Numbered from the stretch's first letter, positions 51,463 through 61,817 are shown. The stretch: DNA of 64,000 nt from an uncultured delta proteobacterium (GCA_963767925.1 CAVYGB010000002.1:128001-192000), one strand, 5' to 3'. The notes: generated from the sequence alone by a model not told the origin. A program made the numbers and translations.

Positions 51463-51691
51463 CAAGGACACCGTGCTCGAGCTGCTCGGCTTGACCACCC
51501 GGCCCAGCGCCGCGGGTCGGGCGGTGGGCGCGCTGGGGCTGTTCGGCCTCGGCCTGCTGGCCGGAGCGGCCGTGGGCCTCTTGCTGGCGCCCCGCCCGGG
51601 CGCCGAGCTGCGGGCCGAGGTGGCCCGGAAGCTGGGTGTGGGCAACGGTCAGACCCCGGACGGCGAATCCATCGACGAGCTGGTGACTTGA
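51443..51691 (+). CDS. YtxH-like small protein
   Basis: AGGAGG RBS; GLLAGAAVGLLLAPRPGAELR motif. Confidence 0.8.
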   Translation: MKLSDIDKDTVLELLGLTTRPSAAGRAVGALGLFGLGLLAGAAVGLLLAPRPGAELRAEVARKLGVGNGQTPDGESIDELVT

Positions 51692-51882
51692 ACCGCCCGG
51701 ATCTCCAGGACACCGAAGTGGAGCTCGCTCGCGCCCGCGAGCAGCTCCAGGCTTCGGTCACCGCGCTGAATCAGCGACTGGGAGAGCTGCGCGACTGGCG
51801 GACCTGGATCCGCAAGCACCCGCTGGCGTTCCTGGCGGGGGCGCTCGGGCTCGGCGCGCTGATCGGCCTGCGGCGCAAGTGA
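51688..51882 (+). CDS. small coiled-coil plus TM protein (DUF3618-like)
   Basis: ELARAREQL, DWRTWIRKHPL, then a TM helix; start overlaps the previous stop. Confidence 0.7.
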   Translation: MNRPDLQDTEVELARAREQLQASVTALNQRLGELRDWRTWIRKHPLAFLAGALGLGALIGLRRK

Positions 51883-53186
51883 CGCAAGAGCGGCAAGGCG
51901 ATCTTGATCGAGGTGGGGAGGCGAGCCACATGAGGGAAGCGCGGAGTCGGATCGGCGGTGCGCCCGCGGCTCCCGGCGTCTACCCTCCGTTGCCCGACGA
52001 GATGGCCACGAGGCTGGGCGGCTCGCGCGAGCTGGCCCAGCTCGTCCTCGATCAGCTCCCCGCCGGGGTCGGTTACTACGACGCGGAGGGCGTGCTGTTC
52101 GCCTGGAACACCGAGCTGGAGCGGCTGCTGGGGACGTTGCCCCGCCAGGCGGGACAGGTCCGCTTCCGCCCACACGGGGGGACCCAGAGCGGCGCCCCCC
52201 TGGCCCCGGTCGAGCGGGCCCTGCTTGGTGAAGCGACCTGCGACGCCGACCTCGAGGTGGCGCAGCCCGAGGGCAACGGCCGCTGGCTCAAGGTGACGGT
52301 CCTCCCCCTGCCCCGCTCGGCCCCCGCGGGGGCAGCGACCGGTGCGCCCGACGACCGCACCTCGCCCGACGACCGCACCGCCCCCGACGACCGCACCGCC
52401 CCCGACGAACCGGCCGAACTGGACGACGAGGCGGAGGCCGCCGCCGACAAGCCCCGCCCCACCGGCGCGGTGCTGCTGGTGCTCGACGTGGGCGAGGCCC
52501 GCAGCCTCGACGCCGTTCGCGACCAGATCCTCGCGGTGGTAGCCCACGACCTGCGCAACCCCCTGAGCGCCCTGCGCATGACCGCCACGATGTTGACCAA
52601 GTCCCAGGACATGACCACCGCCCGCCGGCAGGAGCTGGCCGAGCGAATGCTGGGGACCATCGGTCGCATGGAGGGTCTCGTCGCGACCCTCGTCGAGCAC
52701 GCCCAGGCCGACCGGGGGATGAAGCTGCGCTTGCAGCGCGACAAGGTCGACCTCGACGAGGTCTACGCCCGGGTCAAGCGCGACATGGATGTGTTGTTCC
52801 CCGGCTGCGCGATCCAGGTGACCCGCCGCGGGCGCCTGGAGGGCCGCTGGGACGGCCCCCGCCTGCAGCGGGTGATCGCCAACCTCATCACCAACGCCAT
52901 CAAACACGGGGCCCCCGATCAGCCGGTGACCCTGACCCTCGACGGCTCCTCGCCCGACGTGGTGTGGTTCAGCGTGCACAACCGGGGCAACCCGATGCCG
53001 CCCGAGCTGCTGCCCCACCTGTACGAGCCCTTCGCCATCGGCAGCCTGTCGGAGGGCCGCCGCCGCCAGATCGGCCTGGGCCTGTTCATCGTCGACCACC
53101 TGGTGACCGCCCACGGCGGCAAGGTCTCCGCCGCCTCCACCACCGCGGACGGCACCACCTTCATCGTCACCCTCCCCCGCGACTGA
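51879..53186 (+). CDS. PAS sensor histidine kinase
   Basis: AHDLRNPL, RWDGPRLQRVIANL, GLGLFIV; start uncertain. Confidence 0.9.
   Translation: MTQERQGDLDRGGEASHMREARSRIGGAPAAPGVYPPLPDEMATRLGGSRELAQLVLDQLPAGVGYYDAEGVLFAWNTELERLLGTLPRQAGQVRFRPHGGTQSGAPLAPVERALLGEATCDADLEVAQPEGNGRWLKVTVLPLPRSAPAGAATGAPDDRTSPDDRTAPDDRTAPDEPAELDDEAEAAADKPRPTGAVLLVLDVGEARSLDAVRDQILAVVAHDLRNPLSALRMTATMLTKSQDMTTARRQELAERMLGTIGRMEGLVATLVEHAQADRGMKLRLQRDKVDLDEVYARVKRDMDVLFPGCAIQVTRRGRLEGRWDGPRLQRVIANLITNAIKHGAPDQPVTLTLDGSSPDVVWFSVHNRGNPMPPELLPHLYEPFAIGSLSEGRRRQIGLGLFIVDHLVTAHGGKVSAASTTADGTTFIVTLPRD
52347..52408 (+). repeat. in-frame 18-bp tandem repeat (PDDRT[S/A] x3)
   Basis: CCCGACGACCGCACC(TCG/GCC) three times plus a partial copy. 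Confidence 0.9.
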
Positions 53187-53289
53187 CGGTCCCGACTCCC
53201 GGCGCAAGCTCAGCTGCCAAGCTGGGCAAGGAAGCCGACCGGCGGGGCCGTGTCGCCCGCCCTCCCGCTGGTGGTATCGTGGGGGGCCC

Positions 53290-54732
53290 ATGGCCGAGAC
53301 GGACGAGGCACGACGGGAGCTGGAGGAGCTGCGGGCGAGCGCGCACCAGGTGGTCGACCTGCTCGTCGACTACCTGGGCAAGGTGGGAGAGGGGGCGGTG
53401 TTTCCCGCCGGCGACCCGCGGGCGGTGGCGGCCCTGTTCGAGGAGGCGGCGCCGCACAAGCCGCAGGCCATGGAGGGGATCCTCGCCGAGCTGAAGGACA
53501 AGGTCCTGCCCTGGAGCACGCACGTGGGCCACCCCGGGTACATGGGGCTCATCACCCCCTCGCCCACGCCGGTGGGGGCCCTGGCCGACTTCGTGGCCTC
53601 GGTGCTCAACCAGAACTGCGGGGCCTACTCCATCGGGCCGGCGGCGGTGAGCATCGAGCGGCTGACCGTGCGCTGGCTGGGGTCGCTGCTGGGGCTGGGC
53701 TCGGGGGCGGGCGGGCACCTCACCAGCGGCGGCATGATGGCCAACTTCGAGGGGATCAAGCTGGCCCGCGACTTCGCCAGCGGCGACCAGGCCCAGCACG
53801 AGGGGGTGCGCACGCCGATGGCGGTGTACGTGTCCGAGGAGCGGCACGTCTCGATCGACAAGGCGGTCGACTGCGTGGGGCTGGGGCGGGAGGCGCTGCG
53901 CCCGCTGCCGACCGACGACAACTTCCGGGTGCGGCTCGACGCCCTCGACGCGGCCATCGCGGCCGACAAGGCGCGCGGCATCCACCCGGCCTGCATCGTC
54001 GGCCTGGCCGGCACCACCAACACGGGGGCCATCGACCCGCTGGGCCGGCTGCGCCAGGTGGCCGACCGGGAGAAGATGTGGCTGCACGTCGACGCCGCCT
54101 ACGGGGGCGGCATGGCGCTGTCGACGGCCCGACCGGGGCTGCTGGCTGGCATCGAGCGGGCCGACTCCATCACCATCGACCCCCACAAGTGGTTCTTCGC
54201 CCCCCTCGACGCGGGGGCTATCCTGGTGCGGGAGTGGGCCCGGCTCGAGCGGTCGTACGGGATCGAGCCGCCTTACCTGCGCAGCGCCGACCCGTCCCGC
54301 TTCGACTACTACGTGCACAGCTTCGAGCAGTCGCGCCGCTTCCGGGCGCTGAAGCTGTGGATGAGCTTCAAGCGCTACGGGCTCGATCAGATCGGCCGCT
54401 GGGTCGACGCCAACTGCGAGCAGGCCCTGCACCTGTACCAGCTCTGCAGCGAGGCCCCCGACTTCGAGGCGGCGGCGCGCCCGCCCATGTCGGCGGTGTG
54501 CGTGCGCTGGACCGGGACCAAGGCCACGCCCGAGAAGCTGGCCGCCCTGCACCGGGAGGTCGCGCGCCGGGTGCAGGACGGGGGGCGCTTCTGGTTCTCC
54601 ACGACGGTGCTCAAGGGGCGCTCGTATTTCCGGATCAACCCGGTCAATTTCCGCACCCGGCGGGCGCACATGGACGCGCTGCTGGCGGAGCTGCGCAGCA
54701 CCTGCCAAATGGTGGCCCAGGAGCAGAAGTGA
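53290..54732 (+). CDS. group II PLP-dependent amino acid decarboxylase
   Basis: TSGGMMAN, AGTTNTGAIDPL, WLHVDAAYGG, DPHKW, RALKLW. Confidence 0.93.
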   Translation: MAETDEARRELEELRASAHQVVDLLVDYLGKVGEGAVFPAGDPRAVAALFEEAAPHKPQAMEGILAELKDKVLPWSTHVGHPGYMGLITPSPTPVGALADFVASVLNQNCGAYSIGPAAVSIERLTVRWLGSLLGLGSGAGGHLTSGGMMANFEGIKLARDFASGDQAQHEGVRTPMAVYVSEERHVSIDKAVDCVGLGREALRPLPTDDNFRVRLDALDAAIAADKARGIHPACIVGLAGTTNTGAIDPLGRLRQVADREKMWLHVDAAYGGGMALSTARPGLLAGIERADSITIDPHKWFFAPLDAGAILVREWARLERSYGIEPPYLRSADPSRFDYYVHSFEQSRRFRALKLWMSFKRYGLDQIGRWVDANCEQALHLYQLCSEAPDFEAAARPPMSAVCVRWTGTKATPEKLAALHREVARRVQDGGRFWFSTTVLKGRSYFRINPVNFRTRRAHMDALLAELRSTCQMVAQEQK

Positions 54733-54802
54733 CAGACGGAGGCGTGGCAGACACAGGCGTGGCCGAAGACGAACACCTGACGGACAGGAAGCGGGCGCCC
54801 GG

Positions 54803-55846
54803 TTGAAGCGGAGCACGGTCAAGAAGGTCGCCCTGGCGCTGGGGCTGCTCGCGCTGGCCTTCGCCGCCGATCTGGCCTGGCGGCGGTCCTGGTTCCAGCG
54901 GGTCGTCTCGGGCGGGCCGGGTCCGGTGCTGGGCCGGCTGTCGGGGCCGCCGCGCGGGACCATCGCGCCCGAGCCGGAGCTGAAGATCGCCTTCCTCGGC
55001 GACACCGGGGCGGGCGCCGGCTTCCGGGCGGTGCTGGAGCTGGTCGAGCGCGAGGGGGCCCAGGCCCTCGTGCACATGGGCGACGCGCTCTACGTCGAGA
55101 CGCCGGCCCAGTTCTGGGGGGTTGTCGACGAGCTCCTGGGCCACGACTTCCCCTACATCCTCACCCAGGGCAACCACGACCTGCCCCACTGGCCCGCCCT
55201 GGCCGCCCACACCTACGAGCACCTCCGGGATCGGGGCGCGCTCACCGGAGCCATCGGCGCCGGCGATCCCCGCTACGGCCTGATCTTCCGGGGGGTCAGC
55301 CTGCTGCTGCTGGGCAGCTCGCCCCGCTCGATCGACCCGCGCTTCATCGCCGATCGCTTCTCCGATGACGCCCACATCTGGAAGGTCTGCGCCTGGCACA
55401 AGAACCAGAACGCTCTGCAGGTGGGGGGCAAGGACGACGAGATGGGCTGGGGGGTCTACGAGTCGTGCCGGCAGATGGGGGCGATGATCCAGACCGCGCA
55501 CGAGCACTCGTACCAGCGCACCAGGACCCTCAGCAGCACCGTCGAGCAGCGGGTCGATCCCACCTGCAACGATCCCCGCCGCCTCTGCGTGCGCCCGGGG
55601 GCCGTCCCGGTCTTCGTCTCGGGCCTCGGCGGCAGGAGCATACGCGACCAGGAGCGCTGCCTGCCCACCACCTACCCCTACGGCTGCCAGGGCGAGTGGG
55701 CCTTCATCTACACCTCCAACCAGGGCGCCCGCTACGGCGCCCTCTTCATCACCTTCCACGTCGACGGCAACCCCCGCAAGGCGCGCGGCTACTTCAAGAA
55801 CGTCGAAGGCCAGGTCGTCGACACCTTCGACCTCGAAACCCCGTAG
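54803..55846 (+). CDS. calcineurin-like metallophosphoesterase
   Basis: FLGD, HMGD.LY, GNHD, AHEHSY. Confidence 0.88.
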   Translation: MKRSTVKKVALALGLLALAFAADLAWRRSWFQRVVSGGPGPVLGRLSGPPRGTIAPEPELKIAFLGDTGAGAGFRAVLELVEREGAQALVHMGDALYVETPAQFWGVVDELLGHDFPYILTQGNHDLPHWPALAAHTYEHLRDRGALTGAIGAGDPRYGLIFRGVSLLLLGSSPRSIDPRFIADRFSDDAHIWKVCAWHKNQNALQVGGKDDEMGWGVYESCRQMGAMIQTAHEHSYQRTRTLSSTVEQRVDPTCNDPRRLCVRPGAVPVFVSGLGGRSIRDQERCLPTTYPYGCQGEWAFIYTSNQGARYGALFITFHVDGNPRKARGYFKNVEGQVVDTFDLETP

Positions 55847-56095
55847 CCGCGGGGGGCGCGGGCGCTGCGCCGGAGCGAGACCGTGGTGACCAGCCGCGGG
55901 CGCGCCCACCCCGGGTCCCCGAGCTTTCCGACCCGCGGCCCGTTCGCCCGCCTCGAAACCGCGGGCTTCCGCGAGTACTCTCGGGGTGTACCCGATGCAA
56001 CCCGACGCTGACCCGACTGAACGAGGGGACATGACCGACCAGGAGCGGCCCCCCCGCTCCCGCTCCCCGATCCGCCTGCGGGCCCTCGAGCCGTC

Positions 56096-57835
56096 ATGAG
56101 CCCCCCGAAGAGCTCGTCCGCCGTCCGGAAGCTGCGGGTCCTGGTCATCCAGGGGTCGCGCAGCTTCAGGACCGTGCAGGACCGCCTCGTCCGGCTGCTC
56201 GGCGCCAGCGTCGAGGGCCGCCCGAAGCTCGTCGCCGGGATGCTGGCCCGGAGCTCGCACGAGACCACCTCCTACTGGCTCCAGCTCGTCGTCTCGATCG
56301 GCATCGCGACGCTCGGTCTCGTCGTCGGCAGCACCGCCGTCATCATCGGCGCGATGCTGGTATCTCCCCTCATGGTGCCGATCCTCAACCTGGCCATGGG
56401 GCTGGCCACCGGTTCGCCGTTTCTCGTGCTGCGGGCGGCCGGCCGGATCGTGCTCAGTGTCCTGGTCGCCATCGGGGGCGCGGCCCTGGTCACCGTCCTG
56501 CTCCCCTTCCACGAGCTCAACGTCGAGATCGCGGCGCGGACGTCGCCCACCGTCCTCGATCTCTTGACCGCCGGGTTCTGCGCGCTCGCGGGCGTCTACG
56601 CTTCGCTGCGACCGGGTTCGGATACGGCCACCACGGCGGCGGGGACGGCGATCGGGATCTCGCTCGTCCCCCCGCTCTGCGCCAGCGGCTATGGCCTGGG
56701 AACCGGGATGTGGCCGGTGGCCGGCGGCGCGGCGTTGCTCTTCTTGACGAACCTGATCGCCATCCTTTTCGTGGGGACGCTCTCGTTCCTGGCCGCCGGC
56801 TTCAACCGTGTCGAGGCGACCAGCCTGGAACGGGAGGAGCTCGCGAAGGACCAGGACGCGCTGGTCACGGCCGCGATCTCGCGACGGCTCAACCGGCTCT
56901 TCGAATCCAACGCCGGACCGGCCCTGCGCTTCCTGATGCCCCTGGTTCTGCTGGCGGTGGTGTACGCCCCGCTTCGCCAGGCGCTCGACGAGGTGGCCTG
57001 GCAGGTGCGCACCCGCGCCGCCGTCCGAGATTCGCTGGAGCGGGAAGGCCACAAGATCGTACAGAGTCGGGTTCGCGTGGAGCGCCGGGAGGTCGATGTC
57101 CTCGTGGTGCTGCTCGGCAACACGGCCGCCGCGGAGAGCTCGCGGGCGCGTCTCGATGGCGAGATCAGGCAGGCATCGGGCGTCGTTCCTCGCGTCGAAG
57201 TCCTCGCCATTCCCGACGCGAAGGCCTTCGCCGGCCTCGAGTCCACCATGCGCGCGCCGAGCGACCCCCTGCCGCTGCCGGTCCCTCCGCCTGCTGGGGA
57301 GCAGCTCGACAAGGGACGCGCGCTCATCCGATCGATCGTCACCCGGCTCTGGCCTGCTGCCACCGCCGGCCATCCGCTCGCCATCGAGGTCGGGGCCGGC
57401 GAGAGCGGCGCTCTTCCTGTGCGGGTCGCGCACCTCGGCGCGGCCCTCGGCCCGGACGCGGTGGAGAGCCTCGCCCGGAGCCTCGGCGGCGCGCTCGAGC
57501 GCACGGTCCAGCTCATCGACGTCGCCATTCCTGGCGAGGTCCTCGGGCGCTCCGACGGTGACCTGAGGTTCCTCTCCCGCGTGTCGGCCGGCGTTCGTGC
57601 CAGCGTGGCGATCGACGACGTCAACGTCTGCGTCGTGCAACCCCATCCTCGGCACAAGCGCAGGCGCACCGACCTGCGGGAGCAGGAGCTCGCCGCGGCG
57701 CTTCGGGAGGTCCTGGCGCCGCATCCGCGCGTCACGACCGAGCTCGGTGACGACTGGCTGGTCCGGTTCGTTCGGGGCCAGTGCGCTCCGCCCGACGGGG
57801 ACGCGGACGCGGCGGAGGCGCGGGCGCCCGGGTGA
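56096..57835 (+). CDS. DUF389 membrane protein
   Basis: IATLGL...STAVIIGAMLVSPLM, RTSPT.LDL, GTAIGISLVPPL. Confidence 0.9.
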   Translation: MSPPKSSSAVRKLRVLVIQGSRSFRTVQDRLVRLLGASVEGRPKLVAGMLARSSHETTSYWLQLVVSIGIATLGLVVGSTAVIIGAMLVSPLMVPILNLAMGLATGSPFLVLRAAGRIVLSVLVAIGGAALVTVLLPFHELNVEIAARTSPTVLDLLTAGFCALAGVYASLRPGSDTATTAAGTAIGISLVPPLCASGYGLGTGMWPVAGGAALLFLTNLIAILFVGTLSFLAAGFNRVEATSLEREELAKDQDALVTAAISRRLNRLFESNAGPALRFLMPLVLLAVVYAPLRQALDEVAWQVRTRAAVRDSLEREGHKIVQSRVRVERREVDVLVVLLGNTAAAESSRARLDGEIRQASGVVPRVEVLAIPDAKAFAGLESTMRAPSDPLPLPVPPPAGEQLDKGRALIRSIVTRLWPAATAGHPLAIEVGAGESGALPVRVAHLGAALGPDAVESLARSLGGALERTVQLIDVAIPGEVLGRSDGDLRFLSRVSAGVRASVAIDDVNVCVVQPHPRHKRRRTDLREQELAAALREVLAPHPRVTTELGDDWLVRFVRGQCAPPDGDADAAEARAPG

Positions 57836-57886
57836 AGCCAGCGCCTGGCCAGGGCGCCGGACCCAACCTCGCCCCCCAGGCCCGGT

Positions 57887-59450
57887 TCAGCGCGCTCGCC
57901 GCGGATGATCGGGCGCTCTTCGGCTCGGGAGATGTCCGGCCTGCAATTGCCCCCAGTAACGGTCGACCTCGCGCCGCACGATCGGCGTCAACAGGTAGAC
58001 ACCGATCAGGTTCGGAATCGCCATGATGAACAGCAGGGCGTCGGCGATGTCGACGATGCTGCCGACTTGCATCGTGCAGCCGACGAGGACCATCGCCAGG
58101 TAGACGACCTTGAAGCCGTACAGCACCACCTTGGACTCGCGGGCCAGGAAGCTGGCCGCCTTCGCGCCGTAGTAGCCCCAGGTGATGGTGGTCGAGAAGG
58201 CAAACAGGAACACGACCACGGCCAGCACCGGCGGAAACCAGGGCATGACCGACTCGAACGCGGCGGAGGTGACCTGGACGCCTCCGAGGTTGCCGGCCCC
58301 CAGGTGCGCGCCGGTGATCACGATGACCACCGCGCTCAAGCTGCAGATCACGACCGTGTCGATGAACGGCTCCCAGAGAGCCACGAAACCCTCCGTGACC
58401 GGCTCGCGCGTCATCACCGCCGAGTGGGCGATGGGCGATGAACCCAGGCCCGCCTCATTGGAGAACGCCGCGCGTCGGAAGCCCTGGATCAGCGCCCCGA
58501 CGACGCCTCCCACCACGCTCTCGGGGAGGAAGGCGCCGGCCAGGATGGCCCGGGCCGCCGCTGGCACGTCCGTCCAGTGGGCGCCGATGACGACGAGACA
58601 GGCGATCAGGTAGATGACGCGTCATGGCTGGGACGAGCCTGGCGGTGACACTGCCGATCCGGGTGATGCCGCCGATCACGACGACTCCGGCGAGGGCCGC
58701 GTAGAGCAGCCCGAACAGCCACGCTCTGCCGGCGAGGATCCCCTCGGAGCCTCCGGTAGCGGCAAGAAACTGCGAATAGGCCTGGTTGGCCTGGAACATC
58801 GCTCCCGCGCCGATGGCCCCGAACATCGTACAGACTGCGAAGGCGACGGCCAGAACCCAGCCGAGTGTTTTGAGCCTGGGGTAGTTTTGCCCCAGCCCGC
58901 GGCTGAGGTAATACATGGGTCCGCCCGAGATGGTTCCGTCTGCTCTCTCGAGCCGGTACATGACCCCCAGGGTGCACTCGACGAACTTCGTCGACATGCC
59001 CAGCAAGCCCGCGAGGATCATCCACAAGGTCGCGCCGGGGCCACCGATGGTGATGGCCACGGCGACACCGGCGATGTTTCCGAGGCCCACGGTGCCCGAG
59101 ACCGCCGAGGTCAGCGCCTGGAAGTGGCTCACTTCACCGGGATGGCTCGGATCGGAGTAGTCGCCCCGGATCAGGCGGAAGCCGTGGGCGAAGCCCCAGA
59201 CGTTGACGAAGCGAAAATAGAGGGTGAAGACGATGCCGGCGAGGATCAGCCAGCCGACGATCAGGGGAAAGACCGTGCCGTTGATCGGTACCGCGTAGAA
59301 GATCGCCGAGGACACCGCCTTGGCGATGGGCTCGACGGCGGCGTCGATACGCTGGTCAAGTCCCCGCTCCGGAGCGGCCAGCGCGGGCATGGGCAACCAG
59401 ATGACGGCGAGGGCCACCAGCAGTGTCGAGAGGGCTTTGGGTACCTTCAC
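57887..59450 (-). pseudogene. AGCS alanine/glycine:cation symporter (AlsT-like) with a single frameshift near 58620
   Basis: GTVGLGNIAGVA, GGPGA, GGPMYY in one frame; RAAFSNEAGLGS, PFIDTVVIC, MAIPNL in the other. Confidence 0.88.
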
Positions 59451-59574
59451 GTGCTCGGGAACTTTACACGTACTGGGCTCCCTTCTGCGGGGAGGTTGCG
59501 CGGGTTGGCCACCCGGTACCCGGAAGGGGTGGGGTCTCCGGTCGCTCACGGCCCGGCCAGACCGTTCCGTGCCC

Positions 59575-60087
59575 TCAGGGGGCGTGGCGCTGGTAGGTCA
59601 CGTAGGTGGCTCGGTCGCCGGGGCGGCGCTCGGTGGGGGTCCAGTCGTGCGGGTCGAAGGCGGGGAAGCGGGTGTCGCCGTCGGCTTCGAAGTCGAGCTC
59701 GGTGAGGATGAGGCGGGTGGCCAGCGGAAGGGCCAGGCGGAAGATCTGCGCGCCGCCGATCACCATCGGCTCGGGGTCGGTGTGACGGGCGGCGGCGATC
59801 GCGGCCTCGAGGCTGGGGTAGACCTCGCGGCCGCTGCCGCTGACAGCGCCCGCGGCGGACACCACGAGGTTGCGGCGGCCGTCGAGGGGGCGGCCCCGCT
59901 CGTCCCAGGTGCCCCGGCCCATGACCACGGCGTGACCCAGCGTGGTCCGCCGGAAGTGGGCCCGGTCCTCGGGCAGGTCCCAGGGGAGCTGCCCGCCCCG
60001 CCCGATCACCCCGTTGCGCGCCACCGCCGCCACCAGGGTGAGCGGCAGGCGCGCGCCCGCAAGGGCCGCCGCCGGAGGGGTCGTCAT
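59575..60087 (-). CDS. folA: dihydrofolate reductase
   Basis: NGVIG..GQLPW.LPED, VVMGR.TW, RPL.GRRNLV, VIGGAQI, GDTRFP. Confidence 0.93.
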   Translation of the reverse strand: MTTPPAAALAGARLPLTLVAAVARNGVIGRGGQLPWDLPEDRAHFRRTTLGHAVVMGRGTWDERGRPLDGRRNLVVSAAGAVSGSGREVYPSLEAAIAAARHTDPEPMVIGGAQIFRLALPLATRLILTELDFEADGDTRFPAFDPHDWTPTERRPGDRATYVTYQRHAP

Positions 60088-60129
60088 GGAACGATCCTGA
60101 TGCGCCCGGCCGCCCCTGGCAACCCGGCG

Positions 60130-60540
60130 TGTCCCTCGAGAGCTGCTCCGAGGCGTCCTTGGCCTCTGCCAGGTCGCGAGCGTGGCGGCGAGCGCCGAAG
60201 ATCAGATCCTTTGCGCCGTAGGCGGGAAGAAGAAAAGAAGAACGGCTTTGCCCCGCGCAGGGTGACCTCGAGGGGCAACATGCCCTTGTCGTCCGAGAAG
60301 GCCCAGTGCGGATGTTCCGCTTCGACGATGTCCAGGCAGTGGACCCGCCGCCGCCGATCACCCTCGCCCACCTCCCGGTAGTCCCCGTCCAGCCACACCG
60401 GCCGCGTGCGCAGGACGACCCGGCCGATGATGGTCGGAAACGCGATGAAAAAAGCGCAGGCCAGCACGTCGCCCAGGTGGCGGCCGAACCTACTCCGCTG
60501 ATATGCGACGCGCGATGGTTTTTTCTCGCGGTCACCATGG
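60130..60540 (-). pseudogene. possible degenerate gene of unknown function
   Basis: Protein-like text (LACAFFIAFPTIIG...LEVTLRGAKPFF) appears to continue in another frame (LPAYGAKDLIFGARR) across a TTC-rich run near 60225-60243. Confidence 0.3.
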
Positions 60541-60767
60541 TGTCGACCGCAGGGTCGCGGCGCGGTTGGGTCGCTTCTTTGCGGCAGCGGACACATCCAC
60601 GGCCGGCTCTCGAGCGGCTGGGGATGGGCGCTTTCGGGGGAGGACGATGGGGGTCACCGACGGGGGCGGTGGGGGGCGGGCAGGATGGCATGATGGCGTG
60701 CGTGAGCAGACGTGGCTCGTCGATTCCCGAGGGAAGATGTCGTGCGGCCGGGCGAGGGCGCCCGGTG

Positions 60768-61595
60768 ATGGTCGGGGTGGCCGCGATCGTGGCGATCGCG
60801 GGGGGGTGCGCGACGCCTTCGCGGCGGTTGCCGTTGCAGATGGTGGATGATCCGGTGACGTTGCCGGCGCGGCTGCTGGAGGTGCGGGGGGAGCTGCGGC
60901 GGGAGGTGACGGAGCCGCGGGGGGCGCGGGAGGATTTTTTCTGGCCGTCGTTCCGGTACGGGCTGAGCGACCGGATCACGATGGACGCGCTGACGATGTT
61001 CGATTTTGCGCTGCTCGACGACGCGCCCCCGGCGATCGCCGCCACCGGCCAGGCGGCGGCGGGGGCGCCGCTGTCGCTGGCGGTGCGGGCAGGGGCGGAG
61101 GCGCTGGGGTGGAGCTCGCTCGAGGGGTTCATCATCCAGCCGACGGTGGGAGTGATCGCTCACAAGCGGGTGACGCCGCGGCTGCGGCTGGGAGGCAAGG
61201 CGCTCGGGGGGACCCGCAGCTCGCACGGAGAGATGCTGAGCCGCGGGCTCGAGGGCTGGTGGCTCGGGGGGGAGGGCAACCTGCTCTTCCAGCTCCTCGA
61301 GCACACGGGCTTCGGCCTGGATTTGTTTCACGCGTGGGGGCTGGGTGGGTGGGACTCACCGGCCCATCAGCGCGAGGGGCAGACGGGGCTGACCAGCCGC
61401 TGGTTCGGGGCGCGCCCGGGGCTGTCGTATCGACCGTTTCGCTTCCTGACCGGCGGGCTCGAGGTCGAGGTGCGCTGGGTGCGCTGGCGGCCCCTGACGG
61501 TGGTGCCGATGCCCGGCGACCCGCTCCCGCCGGCCGGCGACTGGTCCCCCCCGGCGGCGGTGCGCGCGCTGACCTACGTCCAGCTCACCTGGTGA
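60768..61595 (+). CDS. hypothetical lipoprotein / beta-barrel-like protein
   Basis: Lipobox-like AGGC; amphipathic strands; terminal YVQLTW; start uncertain. Confidence 0.6.
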   Translation: MVGVAAIVAIAGGCATPSRRLPLQMVDDPVTLPARLLEVRGELRREVTEPRGAREDFFWPSFRYGLSDRITMDALTMFDFALLDDAPPAIAATGQAAAGAPLSLAVRAGAEALGWSSLEGFIIQPTVGVIAHKRVTPRLRLGGKALGGTRSSHGEMLSRGLEGWWLGGEGNLLFQLLEHTGFGLDLFHAWGLGGWDSPAHQREGQTGLTSRWFGARPGLSYRPFRFLTGGLEVEVRWVRWRPLTVVPMPGDPLPPAGDWSPPAAVRALTYVQLTW

Positions 61596-61817
61596 GCGGC
61601 CCTGGCTGACCACGTCCCGCTCCGGTGGGGAGCCGAGGAGCTCGGCCACCTGCATCTTTCCCTCTCCCGCCGCGCCGGGCGAGAGCGAACGGGCAGTGGG
61701 GAGCCGAGGAGCTCGAGCGAGGGCGGGGGGAGCGGCTGCTCGGAGGTTGATCGGCGCGCCTGGCTTCTTCGATCGAGCTTCAGGTCAGCGAGCTTCATGT
61801 CTGTCGACTGTCCGATT

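Noticed and set aside
54735..54800. Short direct repeat AGGCGTGGC between the decarboxylase and phosphoesterase genes
   Set aside because: Only two 9-bp copies in GC-rich DNA; not distinguishable from chance
30649..57724. Many long antisense or off-frame ORFs (e.g. 30649-33729, 43859-46783, 48554-50653, 54644-57724)
   Set aside because: Shadow ORFs typical of high-GC DNA, opposite well-supported genes
59455..59570. Glycine riboswitch upstream of the AGCS symporter
   Set aside because: Context fits and there are short stems, but I could not find the conserved GGAGA...CCGAAG...CTCTCAGG core; an Rfam scan would settle it
61574..61798. 74-aa ORF MKLADLKLDRR...
   Set aside because: No recognisable domain or clear RBS; lies in the decayed region and overlaps the 3' end of the opposite gene
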